This document shows, one piece after another, positions 11,727 to 23,573 of a stretch of DNA of 39,307 nucleotides. Both the position numbers and the translations under genes were made by a program. The stretch's first letter is position 1; each line of letters begins with the position of its first letter. The notes under the pieces were generated by a model. That model ran no database searches and had not been told where the DNA came from. It worked only from the letters and a program-made list of their open reading frames with translations. Source of the stretch: Hyphochytrium catenoides (lineage: Eukaryota; Protista; Hyphochytriomycota); NCBI GenBank assembly GCA_900088475.1, contig FLMG01001239.1, forward strand, positions 1 to 39,307. The letters run 5' to 3'.

Positions 11727-12457
11727 GGGTGGCGGTCTGACTCTGCTGCATCGACTGCAAGGCTGCAAGGACTCGCGTCAAAGGAAGAAATGAAGATCGC
11801 AACAGCTCCTGCCTAAACTCAATGAGGAAGGATTGGCGATTGGCAGAGTATCTTATTTTATTTATAATAAATCCCTAATTTAGGAGCAGGTGTCATCGTA
11901 TTTGATTCTTGATATTTTTTGTTATATAAAATATACTTCCTCCTTCTTGCTTTTGACATCTTCCATAAAACCTTATCTTAATTTTATAAAGGTTTATTAG
12001 AGCTTATTTTTAAAAATATCCTTTCATCCGTGGTGCTGCAATCACTGCACTCTGTTCTCTCTTCCGTTCTTCTTCTTCTTTGAGGCTTCGTGAGCACCAC
12101 TGTGCTGTCTGAGGAGGAACTGCTAGCTCAGGATCTTGGTCAGAGCAGTAGCAGCAGACTGCTGCCCGCTCAACGTTCTGGCAGGTTCGACTTGGGTTTG
12201 GAGGAGGGAAAGTTCCTTCAAGTTCGACAATGGGCAAGACCTTCTTCACTCCTCAGATCACTCAGCAGTCGAAAGATTTCGCTGCTTATCCTGACGATGC
12301 AGTTGGCCTCAGATCAGAAGAGAAAGAGAAGCGGACCACCCTAGCCTCTTCCCTGCTCCTAAAAAGCGCAAAAGCCGCCAACTGAAGACGAAAGAGCCCT
12401 CCGTACAATCTTGCAGTCATTGTGTCCGAAGTCTAGGAAGGTTGTTCCTGAGAAACG

Positions 12458-13066
12458 ATGAGACTCTGGAAGTGTACTGCACCTCTCGCCACTACCTCCT
12501 CTTCCGTTCCTCCTCGTACTTTTTCTATAGTAAGGCAGCAGAGGAGCAAAAGGGATGCAAATATTATCCCCCCTTCCTTCATAAGCTCACGGGCAAAACA
12601 AACCTTGGTCCTGGTGGCGCCTCCCTTCACACTGGAAACTGCCGTTCAGAAGGTCCGGAGAGCAGAGGACGCATGGAACACAAGGGATCCTGCAGCTGTA
12701 GCTCTTGCTTACACTGTGGACAGTCGATGGCGGAACCGCGCAGAGTTCATTAAGGGCAGACAGGAGATCGAGCAGTTCCTTCGAAGAAAATGGCAGAAAG
12801 AGCTGGAGTATCGACTCATAAAGGAAATATGGGCATTTGACGGCTCACGTATCGCAGTGCGGTTTGCCTATGAATGGCACGATGATTCGGGTCACTGGTA
12901 TCGCTCCTATGGCAATGAAAACTGGGAATTTGATGGCGCAGGGCTCATGAAGACCCGTCACGCATCGATCAACGACCTCCCTATTACCGAGGAAGAGAGG
13001 CTGTACAGGTGGCCTGTCGGTAGGCGTCCAGATGAGCATCCAGGTCTCTCAGAGCTTGGACTTTGA
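12458..13066 (+). CDS. DUF1348 family (NTF2/SnoaL-like fold) protein, intronless, with about 55-aa N-terminal extension
   Basis: Diagnostic stretch [24 protein letters not shown]...DSRWRNR...[21 protein letters not shown]...[12 protein letters not shown]...[12 protein letters not shown]...[13 protein letters not shown]. Confidence 0.93.
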   Translation: MRLWKCTAPLATTSSSVPPRTFSIVRQQRSKRDANIIPPSFISSRAKQTLVLVAPPFTLETAVQKVRRAEDAWNTRDPAAVALAYTVDSRWRNRAEFIKGRQEIEQFLRRKWQKELEYRLIKEIWAFDGSRIAVRFAYEWHDDSGHWYRSYGNENWEFDGAGLMKTRHASINDLPITEEERLYRWPVGRRPDEHPGLSELGL

Positions 13067-15483
13067 CTTGCGGAAAGAGGCTAGCGTTTTCAGCAAACCG
13101 ACAAAACCTGTCGAAGAAGGACTAGAAGGGGTTCCGGGGAGAGACGTAGGCAAGCCAGCAGGATGCTAGTACAACCTCAAGAATATAGCAGCATAAACGG
13201 TCTATGCCAGGGCACTTCTCTTAGTAGGAGCCTCTAGCCCGACCGCTTTTGGCCTGGATATAATCTTTCCCAGGCTGTCTCCTAGTAGATGAGTGACGAT
13301 AAGATCCTCCTGCTTTTCCTATACTGATTTATATATTAAGGTCTTCGGCGGTGGGCTGTAGGCTAGCGCATTCAGCGGGACCCAGGAATGCATGTATAGT
13401 CTTTGAGCGCCTCTTTGGGGGCAGATGCGTGTTGCAGCGTTAAGGAGACACGAGGGACAAACTTCTTGACCAATACACAGAGTACGACTGATGGAAAGAC
13501 ATTGAAGCATGGATAGCCTTCCGCTTCAGGAAACGAGAGACCTGCGGGAATTAGAAAGGAGATCTGCAGCAGGAGGTGGAAGAGGGCGTGCAGGAGGAGC
13601 AGTTGTTCCTGATAAGATGGAGAGAAAGCCGCTGATACGTGGCATCCTCATCAAAATCGATTTGTTACTCCTCCTTCTCAGCACATATAAGAACTAGTGC
13701 CAACTACCTACCCACTGCAGAGTACATCATGCGCCCCAAAACCAACCGTCCGCCCAGCACAGCAGACGCGAAGATAACAGGGTTAGCATCTTCTTCACAT
13801 CCACCATCTCGCCAAGAGCAGCTTTACACAAGGGACACGTCGCTTGACTCAATCAGTCTGCGTCTCCATGCGTGTGGCCCTCTTTTCTGGCTCTTCTTCA
13901 GATCTTCTGCCTCCTAGAAGCTCAGTAGCGGTAACTCTTGAGTTCCTCTACTTCTCCCTAGCACTGATTGCGTGTGATAAAGGGTGTAAATGAAGGCGGC
14001 CTTCGTTGTTCGAGAGATTTCCTCCCTTGGTATTTGCCTCAAACCGTTGCGGAGACGCCACTTCCCGTCTGTCATGCTGGTGTGGGAGATCGACCTTCCA
14101 AGAATGAAATGAAACTTTCTGTGTGGTGCATAGGAAGTCAGACGGTCGTTTTACTAGCTTTATTTATTTATTTTTTTTTAAATCTCTAAACGCCATAGAA
14201 ATTGAAGCTTGGGTCAAATGCTCCGGGCAGGGCCAACAAATAGAAGTAAAGAGGGAGTCTCCCCAAAAACTATCTCACACTAATTAAAGGGCGTTTGTAA
14301 AAAATAGTAACATGAAATAGAAGAAAGGGGGTAGGTAATTCTTCAAGTTCAAACCCATTTATTCGACCCCTTGGTAATTATTAGTCCTAACTCCAAACGT
14401 TGCACAAGCACACCATGGAGGAGTACTCGTAGAAATTGGTCTTTTGACCTTATCAAGAGAGAGAGCCAAACCCTTCCTCCTTATTAATCAAGGACCACCC
14501 ACAGTCTCTTTATTCCTTACCAGCGAGCACCATGGCTATCGTCGGAGGCCTTGATCTTCTTTGGACAAGCAGCAAGATTCATCGTGGCCGCATAGCATCC
14601 TTCTCCGAGCCTTTCTATAAGAAAGCGGCACTCTTCGTGCTCCCAGGTGAGCCAAAGCCAGGCAGCAGCTAGCAGCCTTGGTTAGTTAAGCCCCCTTGGT
14701 TACCTGTGTCACCGCTCCCGCCGGCCAAAGGCGTCTCGAGTTCCATCTAGTTTGGAACTCCTTGTCTGCGCCGCCTCTTCTTCGTTGTTCACTTGATCGT
14801 AGCGTCAACATGATGGCAGCCCCAGCTCAACGGCATTTTGGACGACGACGACTAAGGCAGCACCAGAGAACGCACTCTTGTTGGTCGAATCTACTCGTTC
14901 TTTATCTGCACGCCTCTTCTGTCTGTCGAGCTGAAGGATTTTCTTTGATGAGAAGCGAAGTCTGGTGGCGACTCGCATCTTCCACGGCGGACATGACATA
15001 ATGGTGGTGGGGTGATGGGGAGAGATGGGTGACGGTTAAGACCTCACACTTTCTGCTGCTAGTTGATCTGAATTCTTTTTGTGGCGACAGATGAGAAACA
15101 AGAAGGACGTGGCCCCTCCATCCATGATACCATGCCACGCAGTGCAGTAAAGCAATAATGATGACGGTCTTCTATTTTCTAGAGCTAGACTCCGAGGAGC
15201 TATCTATAGTCGAGCCCCAGTTTTATGGAGGAAGGTGTCTGATGTCTCTCACTCTTTCCAGATAGCACCAGCAAAAGATTCTAAAGAGATATACTAGTGT
15301 GGATAGGAGGAAAACCTCCGGGCAGACAAGAAAGAGCGGCGCCTCAACACTTCCACTGTCATGGCTGAAAAGGTTATCATTAGCATCAGGGCATTGTACA
15401 AAAAGACGTTATTAGGAGCTGCCTTAGTTAGGTGATGAGGCAGAAGAGTTTGGCGGCGCCGCCTTCTATTAATTGATAGTAAG

Positions 15484-17354
15484 ATGAATCAAGGGGATCT
15501 CTGCATGCGTCATCGTCTCCTAGTGCTGTTAGAGTTTATCGTCTTGGCGCAGCAGGCTCTGCCTTCTCCCACTCAACAGCAGTACGAAAAGAACTCCACA
15601 TCCTTTCTTGTCATTGGTGACTATGGCTATGGGGGTAACGAGGTGCAGCGAAGGATAGCCACGCAGATGGACATATGGGCAGCTAAACATGGTAGAGACT
15701 AGGAAGAATCTTCTATCGCAACGACTTCAACCTGCTGCTTCAGGATCTCCCTTTTCAGCGTCGTACTCATTGTCTTCGCTTTAACAAGTCAGCATTATTC
15801 TATGTCTCTATTCTTCACGGTCTGCTCTTCCCTTTCGGTCTCCAATCGCCTCCTTCCACAACCCTTTGCTGCCCTTTCATCAATGGCCACAATCTAAGGC
15901 AATTGGGCCGTTGCTCACTTTCAGAGTCAAGTCTTGTCATTAGCGTCGGAGATAACTTCTACTCGCCAGACGGGGTAAGCCTCCTCAACAAATAATGACC
16001 TACCTATCTCTCATCGGTCACTCTTCCGCGGCATTTTGTCTGCCTGTGGTTGGAACGATAGCTGTCGTCGTCCACTTCAACACCGGTTCTTAAATCTATT
16101 GTCTGGCTCTGATTCTAGGTCTCAGACGTCCACGACGAGAACTGGCGCACGCACTGGGCAGATATCTATAGGAACCGAGAAACACCGTACCTGGAAAGTC
16201 TTCCGTGGCATGCCGTCCTGGGGAACCATGACTATTGTCGAGTCGCCGAGGTAGTCACGATGTGGTGGAAGAAGATCATATTCTTGCTTTAAGTGCTCAG
16301 ATTGTTGCTCGTTAGAACCTTGCGTGCTTGTCCTCACGTCAGACAATGATGGTGCTTGCAGACCTTAGTTGCCTATCTATCGATTCTATTTAGGCAGACC
16401 TGCTGGCTGTTTATGAAGCTGACCACCTCAAATCTACCTATTGCAGGCACAGATCAACTACACTGCACGCGGGTGGCGAATGGACGATTACTTCTGGGCT
16501 CACCAGAGCAGAGTTCCAGAACTCAACCAGACGATAGCCTTCGTTTACCTTGACACCAACCTGCTTGCCTATGGCAAAGAGACACAACCTTGGCTTCAGA
16601 GGGACTGTCCCGCAATGAGAGAACAATTTTTTGCGTTGAAATGGGATACCGAGATGATGATAGAGTGGTCCCACAGACAACTGGAACAAGTCAAAAATAG
16701 CGATTGGATCTTCGTGGTAGGCCATCATCCAATTGGCGGCGGGTTCTGCGGTGCTGAAGGAGAGCTCTCAAGGTAGGATGGCAACCCTTTCATCAACAGC
16801 AGAGCTTGAGGATATGACTGATGGACCCTTCTAGAGCAGCCTTGCTGGTCCGCGCTTTCCTCCTTGCGCCTTCGCTCCTCTCTGGTTGTATACGGTGTGA
16901 CTCTTAACTATCATCATGAGAGTAGCCTCCAGCAACTCCATCCTATCTTGATAATGCTGCTCGGTATATCTTGAACTGCTGGTCGACGGTAGTTAGGTGA
17001 TACTAGATAATCTTGCTACTTTCTCACCTCCTGTACTCTCCTTTCACTAGGCTCCAGGAGCTTCTCCAGCAGTACCGGGTCTCAGCCTATCTAAATGGAC
17101 ATGTGCATGCCATGGACTACGGGGTCTTTGGAAACGTTGCTCATCTAACCTCTGGAGCAGGCGGAGACAGCTATGGCAGAGGCTGCAATGGGAATAATGG
17201 AGGTGGCATATGGAAGCAGGACCAAGTAGGCGCTTTTGTTGGGGTCACTGTGAGACAGGAGAGCGTGAGTTTCGAGTTCATTGATCAGTTTGGCGTTCTA
17301 TTGGCGTCTTTCCTGCACAATCGAAGGACGGCAGGAGACCACAAGCCGCTCTAG
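15484..17354 (+). CDS. Purple / tartrate-resistant (ACP5-type) acid phosphatase, calcineurin-like metallophosphoesterase, probably secreted; 5 exons
   Basis: Exons 15484-15691, 15925-15974, 16119-16250, 16447-16772, 17051-17354 join in phase and give all five PAP motifs: GDYG, GDNFY, GNHD, VVGHHP, GHVH. Hydrophobic N-terminus LLVLLEFIVLAQQA. Confidence 0.95.
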
Positions 17355-19164
17355 TTGCATCAACAGAGAAGAGGTCAACTTTCCGTCCATCTACGCCTGG
17401 TGGTACTAACTAGTGAAAAATAATCGAGAGTTGCGATGGTCAATAAGAGAGATCCTTGATTGAAGAGAGGATATAGAGAGCAACCATCCAGTTTCCCCTT
17501 CTGGCACCATTCTCAGCCGTATCACCAGCAGCAGGTACTTTCCCGTGACCCTTGTATACCAACAGGTCCCGTGGCTACCTGGAGGCCACGTAAAGCATGA
17601 TGAGTGGGTGTAGATGTAATAAACCAAGGATGGGTCTCGAAGGAGGGTGAGAAGGTGGTGCTGTCTCTGTACGTCTGCACCTTGGCTGCCCACGCCTCAG
17701 TCCAGACAAACACCACGCAGAGAAAGACTTCCCGGGAACACGCGCAAGTAACAACGTGTCTTCTACTTCAGAGACAAGTTTATTAACGCCTATAGAGGTT
17801 ACGAAGAGTCTCCCTCTCACGAGAGAGTCGGTCTACCTGAGAATGTAAAGATAGAAGTGGTGATCTGCACCAGAAATTGGGTCAACAGGCTATCCTAAGA
17901 ACATGCAAAGAAGAGGAAGAGAGCAGTAAGGCAAAAGAAAGAGAGCATCCGTTGTCAGAGCCATTCGTTGACTAAAGGCTCTTCGAGTCAGGAGGACTAT
18001 CCGTCCCGAGAATATTCTCAAAGAGGAGAGGCCGCATCCCATACATTGGCCGATCCTTATCCAGTGGATCAGGTGGTTGGTCAGTAGTTGAGGGGAAGTG
18101 CACTTATTACATTGGGCCTTGCTCGTTCGTGGCGGCAGCTGCCATGGACGGTCTACAGGAGTAAAACTTAGTACTGCACTGACCTCCGCCGTAAAGTTAA
18201 GACGCTTGTAGGCTCAGCCGAAAGCTGCTGCTCTTTTAGTGCTGGTATGGCTAGGCTTCTATGCTGTTGTCCATTTCAAGCAGCACTCCTAACGAATTAC
18301 CTTTCTCATCCTCCTTACACTACGGACGAGGCGCAGCCAGGTGTCATAATAACACTGGATATAACACTATGAAGCACTACTGCCTTGATGTGATACTATC
18401 GTCTCTTCTCCTGTGGGTCGCTCATGCACCTTCATCAGCAAGGAGGTAACCTCCTGCACGCAGATTGTAAGCAGTTTACGCCGCTGTCCGCAATCTGTTT
18501 ATTATATATCCAAGTAGAGCAGCAGCAGGAAGAGCACTCCTAGCGCTATCTTCTAGACCTGTTGAGCTCGACTATCGCTGCTAGCCAGCAACTAGGCTAT
18601 CAGCTGACGAGCTTTCGTCTCACACCGCGCTCATTGATGGACCGCTGCTGCTGATTTTGGCACAGATCCTCAACTTCTACATCTCTCCTGTGATGATCAT
18701 CGTGCCTTGGACTGCTTCACAAACTTCAACTTCAACTCCACTCATCTCATACATGATAACCTATACAGGATCAGTCAATTTGATTATCAACCGGCCTCAG
18801 GAATAGAACTCACTTGTCATCACGATCTCTCCCGTGATCTATGTTTCCCGTAGAAAAAGCTGCAGAATGCAGGCGGTTCTGATCTGCAACGTCTCCAGCA
18901 GCGATGACATGGTGTCTACCAACTGCTTTGAAGATTCTCATCGGCTCTGCTCGATGTTAGAAGCAACTTTGTTCAGCGAGCGAGAAGCTCTTCATGGTCC
19001 CTGTCGTCGTCGCTGACTGTAGTGAACCTGCAGCTCAAAGGAAGAGAGTAACTGAAAGTAAAGAGACGGAGGAAAAGCCATTCGCGGCGAGGATATCATT
19101 CTCTGCATCGAAGGCGTGTCTAGGAGTCCTGTAGGAGAGTGGGCGAGGGAGCTGTGATAAAACC

Positions 19165-20200
19165 ATGGCACCGGCAGGGCTGCACGAGCAGACTCCCAGC
19201 ATTTGGGCAGTCCTGAACTATATCTGGCCTCAGCTTATCTATGGTGGGATACTCCTCGTCCTTTATCGGCTCATTGTAAGAAAGCAGGGCGATGAGCAGG
19301 AGCCGAAGGTAAGCGTACGCTTATAGTTTATGGGGTTTGCACGTAAGGAAAATGATTGACGTCTCTTTCGAATGCTTCAGGGAGAGCGGCCTCGTCTCAG
19401 AGTAGATGACCTTCACAACCTCAGTAGCCTAGACAATGAAGAGGACGAAGAAAGTGAAGACGATGAGGAAGATGATCATAATGGCAAAGGTCAGTGATTT
19501 GTCAGATCTACCTGCCAAGTCTGGTTTGCTGCTGATATTAGTCTTCTTCAGCCTTGACAGTTCATGAGAAGGTTCAAGCATCAAATAGCTCTCCAACCTC
19601 AAGAGTAAGACAGCGGAAGACAGCCCATAAACCCACTCCTGGCCAACAAGCTGCTTCTCAACCGCAAACGAGCTCTGAGACAGCTGGTCTCCCAAATCCC
19701 TTAGAGCTGACACTTGATGAGGAAGAACTGGAACGGGCAACATGGGCAGAGATGCACAATGCGATGCTTGGGAAGTTTATTGAGAAGAAACCAGACGCGG
19801 CTCCCTATCTGAGAAAGTGGAAGGATCCAAAGGTAACAGTCAGGATAGAGTTATTGTCCATTAAGCGTCAAATGAAGACGCTGGATGAAGAGACTAATTG
19901 GGACAAAAGAAAGAGAGAGAAATAAAGATAATAAAGTCAGGAAGAGGGAGAAAGACCAACGAGGAATAGAAGGAACACACAGCGGAACATAAGCAGAGAA
20001 AAATAGGAGCGAGACATCTAGCTTCCTAGGGGAGAGAAGATCCGTGCTTGGTCTTGTTGCACTACCGATTCCTCTCATAATCTCCGCTTATGCAGGATAA
20101 GGAGAAAGAGTTTGACGACGAGATGAAGGCAATTCTTGATGAGTATGAGACAATCGCTGCCGAGGACGCTATCGAGGATGAAGAAGAAGGCCAAGAGTAA
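19165..20200 (+). CDS. Hypothetical N-terminally membrane-anchored acidic protein; 4 exons
   Basis: Exons 19165-19308 (MAPAGLHEQTPSIWAVLNYIWPQLIYGGILLVLYRLIVRK...), 19381-19489 (acidic DNEEDEESEDDEEDD), 19552-19832, 20096-20200 (...DAIEDEEEGQE-TAA). All GT-AG and phase-consistent. Confidence 0.8.
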
Positions 20201-20330
20201 GGAAGACGCAGGGCAGTTCTGAAAGTGAGAATAGCAGCCCTCCGCTTTCGCAAGCACCCGGATCCCTAACTCATGAGCAGCATAACTGTCTTCCGTCGGT
20301 CTGGTACGCAGTATACTCTATTAAGTCTTA

Positions 20331-22667
20331 TTAGCCTGTACGAGGGTTCAGTCTCATGGAGAACCGTCTCCATTGTACCATATCATAAGGGATCCTAATT
20401 ATACTCTGAACCTTGTCACAAAATTGTTTTATCAGCCCTGGTCGTCGTCGCCTCACAGAAGAGTCAATCGATCGCATGCACAGGGGACACGTTCGCCGGT
20501 GCTTCAGCCACCTATTCGAGGAGAGGGAATGTGACGTGAATGACATGTGGCCGCCGCGTGAACAGACCCTAGTGAGTTTACTTACGGCTTCAGACAAGCC
20601 TCGTGGAATATGTGTCTCGCATCGCACCTGAGGCTTATACACCTTTCACCCAATACATATTCATTCAAGCATATCGCGCACCTGTATGTAGAGCAAGGAG
20701 CTTGGTAAGATGAAAGAGCACCGGTAATGAATTCAGCCCAAAACTACTGACACAGGCACCATGTACTAAGATGAGGCAAAACACAGAGGAGACCAAGTCA
20801 CGAGTTCTGGAATGCCTCACGAAGGCAGTGGAGGACTGGGCTTGAGAATTCAGGATAGATGTAACCAAGAAGGGATGACAGGACAAACGCAGGATACCAT
20901 TAATACCTTCTGCTCGGTGTACTTACGCGATTTTGTCCTGTCCATCTGTGCCAAAGTACGAGGAGGTCACAGTCACACGGGGTAAGTGCTCTACGACAGC
21001 TGCGGATACGCCAGCTTCATTTGGACTTCGCCTGAAGAGAATTTGGAGATAGACAAGGAAAGGCTAAGCTCTACAAGGAAAGGCTAAGCTCTCTTCCCTT
21101 GTCTAGGATTAACATATGATAGCCTTTGCGCGACAAGATGCAGCTCACAATTCCCTTCAATTGAGCCAAGTCAAGCAGTCCCACACCGCAAGGGCAAATT
21201 AAGACAACACATAGGCAGAATGTCATAAAGAGAAACATGCCGGTGCCTGTTGAAAGGCAAAAGGAAGCGGAGAGCCAGAGAGGGTCACAGAAAGCTCTTA
21301 CCCTAAGCAATAGTAGAACCATAGGACTGAGGATATCACGCGCAAGATGAACATCTTGACGCTTCCCACACAGACAAAGACGAGGTCAGAATTGACGCCG
21401 TTCCAGCGCTAGAGGTACGTGAGACCACATTGTGATAAAAATGGAGGATAAGCCCAGATATATACATCAACATCATTCTGGGACCGTACCGCTGTGAGGG
21501 TGAGCGTCAGGAAGCCCATCAGCGTCCAGGCGTACAAGCATAGACCAATCTTGTGTGTGAGCCACCACTCAAAGGAACGAAGCAAGGCTGCCAGGCTATA
21601 GAGCAACCGAGCAGGTTAGAGCCGGCCAGCTGGAACTATTGCCGGATCAGACTAAGAGCAAAAACATAGAACTTTTGGATCAGGCGAACCTAGAATCCTT
21701 CCAATAGAGGCAGGGATAACAAAGGCATGAGAGGACCCGCGAGAAGCACTTACCATTCCGACACCTCGCTCTCAGAGTCACTATCTGAGTAGGAGAAGAT
21801 GTGGAAGAATATTCGGAGCCGTAGGGGTAACTGTGTGAGCTAAAAGGATGCCAAAGTTAGAGAAGCTCAGCGATCAACAACCAAAACCTCTTACTTTCCC
21901 TCATTCGCACGTCTCTCAAAGGCATGCTATCACTTGCCTCCAACCTCTCCGCCTATATGAAGTAGCACCAAACCGAGTACTATCTTCTCTCGTTGAAAGC
22001 TACTCTTTACCTGCAAAAGATGATGGCCCATAATCCACGACAATAGACATAGGTTTGGCATCTCTGAGAGCTGCAAGAAGACAGGAGTGGGACAATGGCA
22101 CTCAATGCCTCTTTGGCTTACAGCAGACAGGGAGGATAGAGAGAAAGAGGCTTACCTTCAGCTCTTTCGAATGGAGGAAATAGAGCGAGAATGCCCCCTA
22201 TAAGCGAACGTTAGAAGGGATCGCAGCGTGAGAATGGACCATTCCCAGAGGTTAATGAACTATTACTTACGCTGAGGATGCTATATAGTGAGCCTGAGAT
22301 CATCATTGAGGACAAGAAGTCCGCCGCTTCAAAGGGCATCCGCCGGAAGGTAGCTTCGACTTGAGTGTCCGCGTTGTTCCATGGCTGGTTGCGTTGCTGA
22401 CTCACTGCCAAAGCATTGCATCGTTTAGATGAATCCATCAGTGTCGTCCAATATATACTTGCCCGTACCTCTCAGGTACCGTGACCCAGGAGTTGAGGGC
22501 GTCCTTCTCCGTTGTTCAGATTCTAGGCAAAGCGGGCTCAGTGCTGAGAATCCTTTTAGGCAGGACACGTTCAGCAAATATCTCAGACCTGAAATCGGAT
22601 TAGGGACTCCAGACAGCGAGCTCGGCGAGGGCCCATCAGAACGGCGCCGGTGGGTCAGTGTTGACAT
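20331..22667 (-). CDS. Multi-pass membrane RING-H2 (C3H2C3) E3 ubiquitin ligase; about 10 exons
   Basis: Exons 20681-20586 and 20511-20331 splice to CAICLNEYVLGERCISLRCDARHIFHEACLKPWLKHRRTCPLC, preceded by GVSAAVVEHLP. Upstream phase-consistent exons encode hydrophobic segments (IGLCLYAWTLMGFLTLTL; MFILRVISSVLWFYYCLG). The ATG at 22667 is the likeliest start. Confidence 0.88.
21053..21092. repeat. 20-bp tandem duplication in an intron of the RING-H2 gene
   Basis: acaaggaaaggctaagctct x2. Confidence 0.93.
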
Positions 22668-23144
22668 AGTGCTCTTATGTATGACCTTCACCTTCTAGCT
22701 CATTTTCCCTCGCCGCACGGTCTGGCCTTACTTGTTCCACAGGGCACTAGTACTCTTAGCAGGCTGTCAATGTCTGCCAACCGCTCTACGAGTCCGCTTG
22801 ATGGTGCGGCACAGAGCCCCACGTCAGTTCCATATGGCTGCAACTATCATGTTCTGTAAGCTCCCCACGCGGTATATAAGTTGGCAAGTAAACGCAATAT
22901 CGTCTTTTAGAGACTGCACTTCCTTCCTTCTACTCTGCTCTCCCTAGATAGAGCGCTATATATCGCCACAGATAGAACTTGCGCTGCAGCACCGCGCAGC
23001 TGGGGCTTCCTCTTTCCGCGATCGTTATCGGGGAAGAACCCAGAAAGTGCAAGGTAAGATGGAGATCATCGGCGTTTCGCGATTATCAATCACCCGCAAG
23101 AAAAAAAGCAGCCCGCCAAAAGAAATCAGAGCTTAAGTTTTAGA

Positions 23145-23248
23145 GGTTTGATTTTTGGGATGTGATAACTAAATAGCCTCAGTTTTGACCCTTGACCCTA
23201 CAATGAAAGCATTAACTCAAGTGGTTTGATTTCACTTACGTGATAACT
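23145..23248. promoter_or_regulatory. Duplicated bipartite motif GGTTTGATTT-N7-GTGATAACT in the divergent intergenic region
   Basis: Copies at 23145-23170 and 23223-23248 have identical halves and different 7-bp spacers. The regulatory role is inferred from position only. Confidence 0.4.
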
Positions 23249-23573
23249 GATTAAAAACTGTATCAGTGAGTTGTGGGGAGGACAAAGATCTGCTGCTGAT
23301 GCCGCAGCAGAAAGTTCCGCTGGCCTCTGATCTATCGCTTTGAAGCTCTGAAAGAGCGGCTCAGATTGCTGATGCAGCTCCGTTTCTCTGGCCATCGGTG
23401 CATTTGAGCATGGATCTGTCTGTCGTGAGCCATTCATTATTAGCGCATCATTGTTTTGGGGCATGTTGTTGAGCCAGGATCATCTTCGTAGAGCTTCTAG
23501 AGTAAAGCAAATGTTCTCGAGTGTTACGTGAAGTCAGTATCGTTGGTCTCAGCGGACCGGAAAGAGTTAAAGG

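Noticed and set aside
17400-19100. Short ORFs between the phosphatase and the orphan gene, including a signal-peptide-like MKHYCLDVILSSLLLWVAHA
   Set aside because: Could not be joined into a phase-consistent gene; no recognisable domain.
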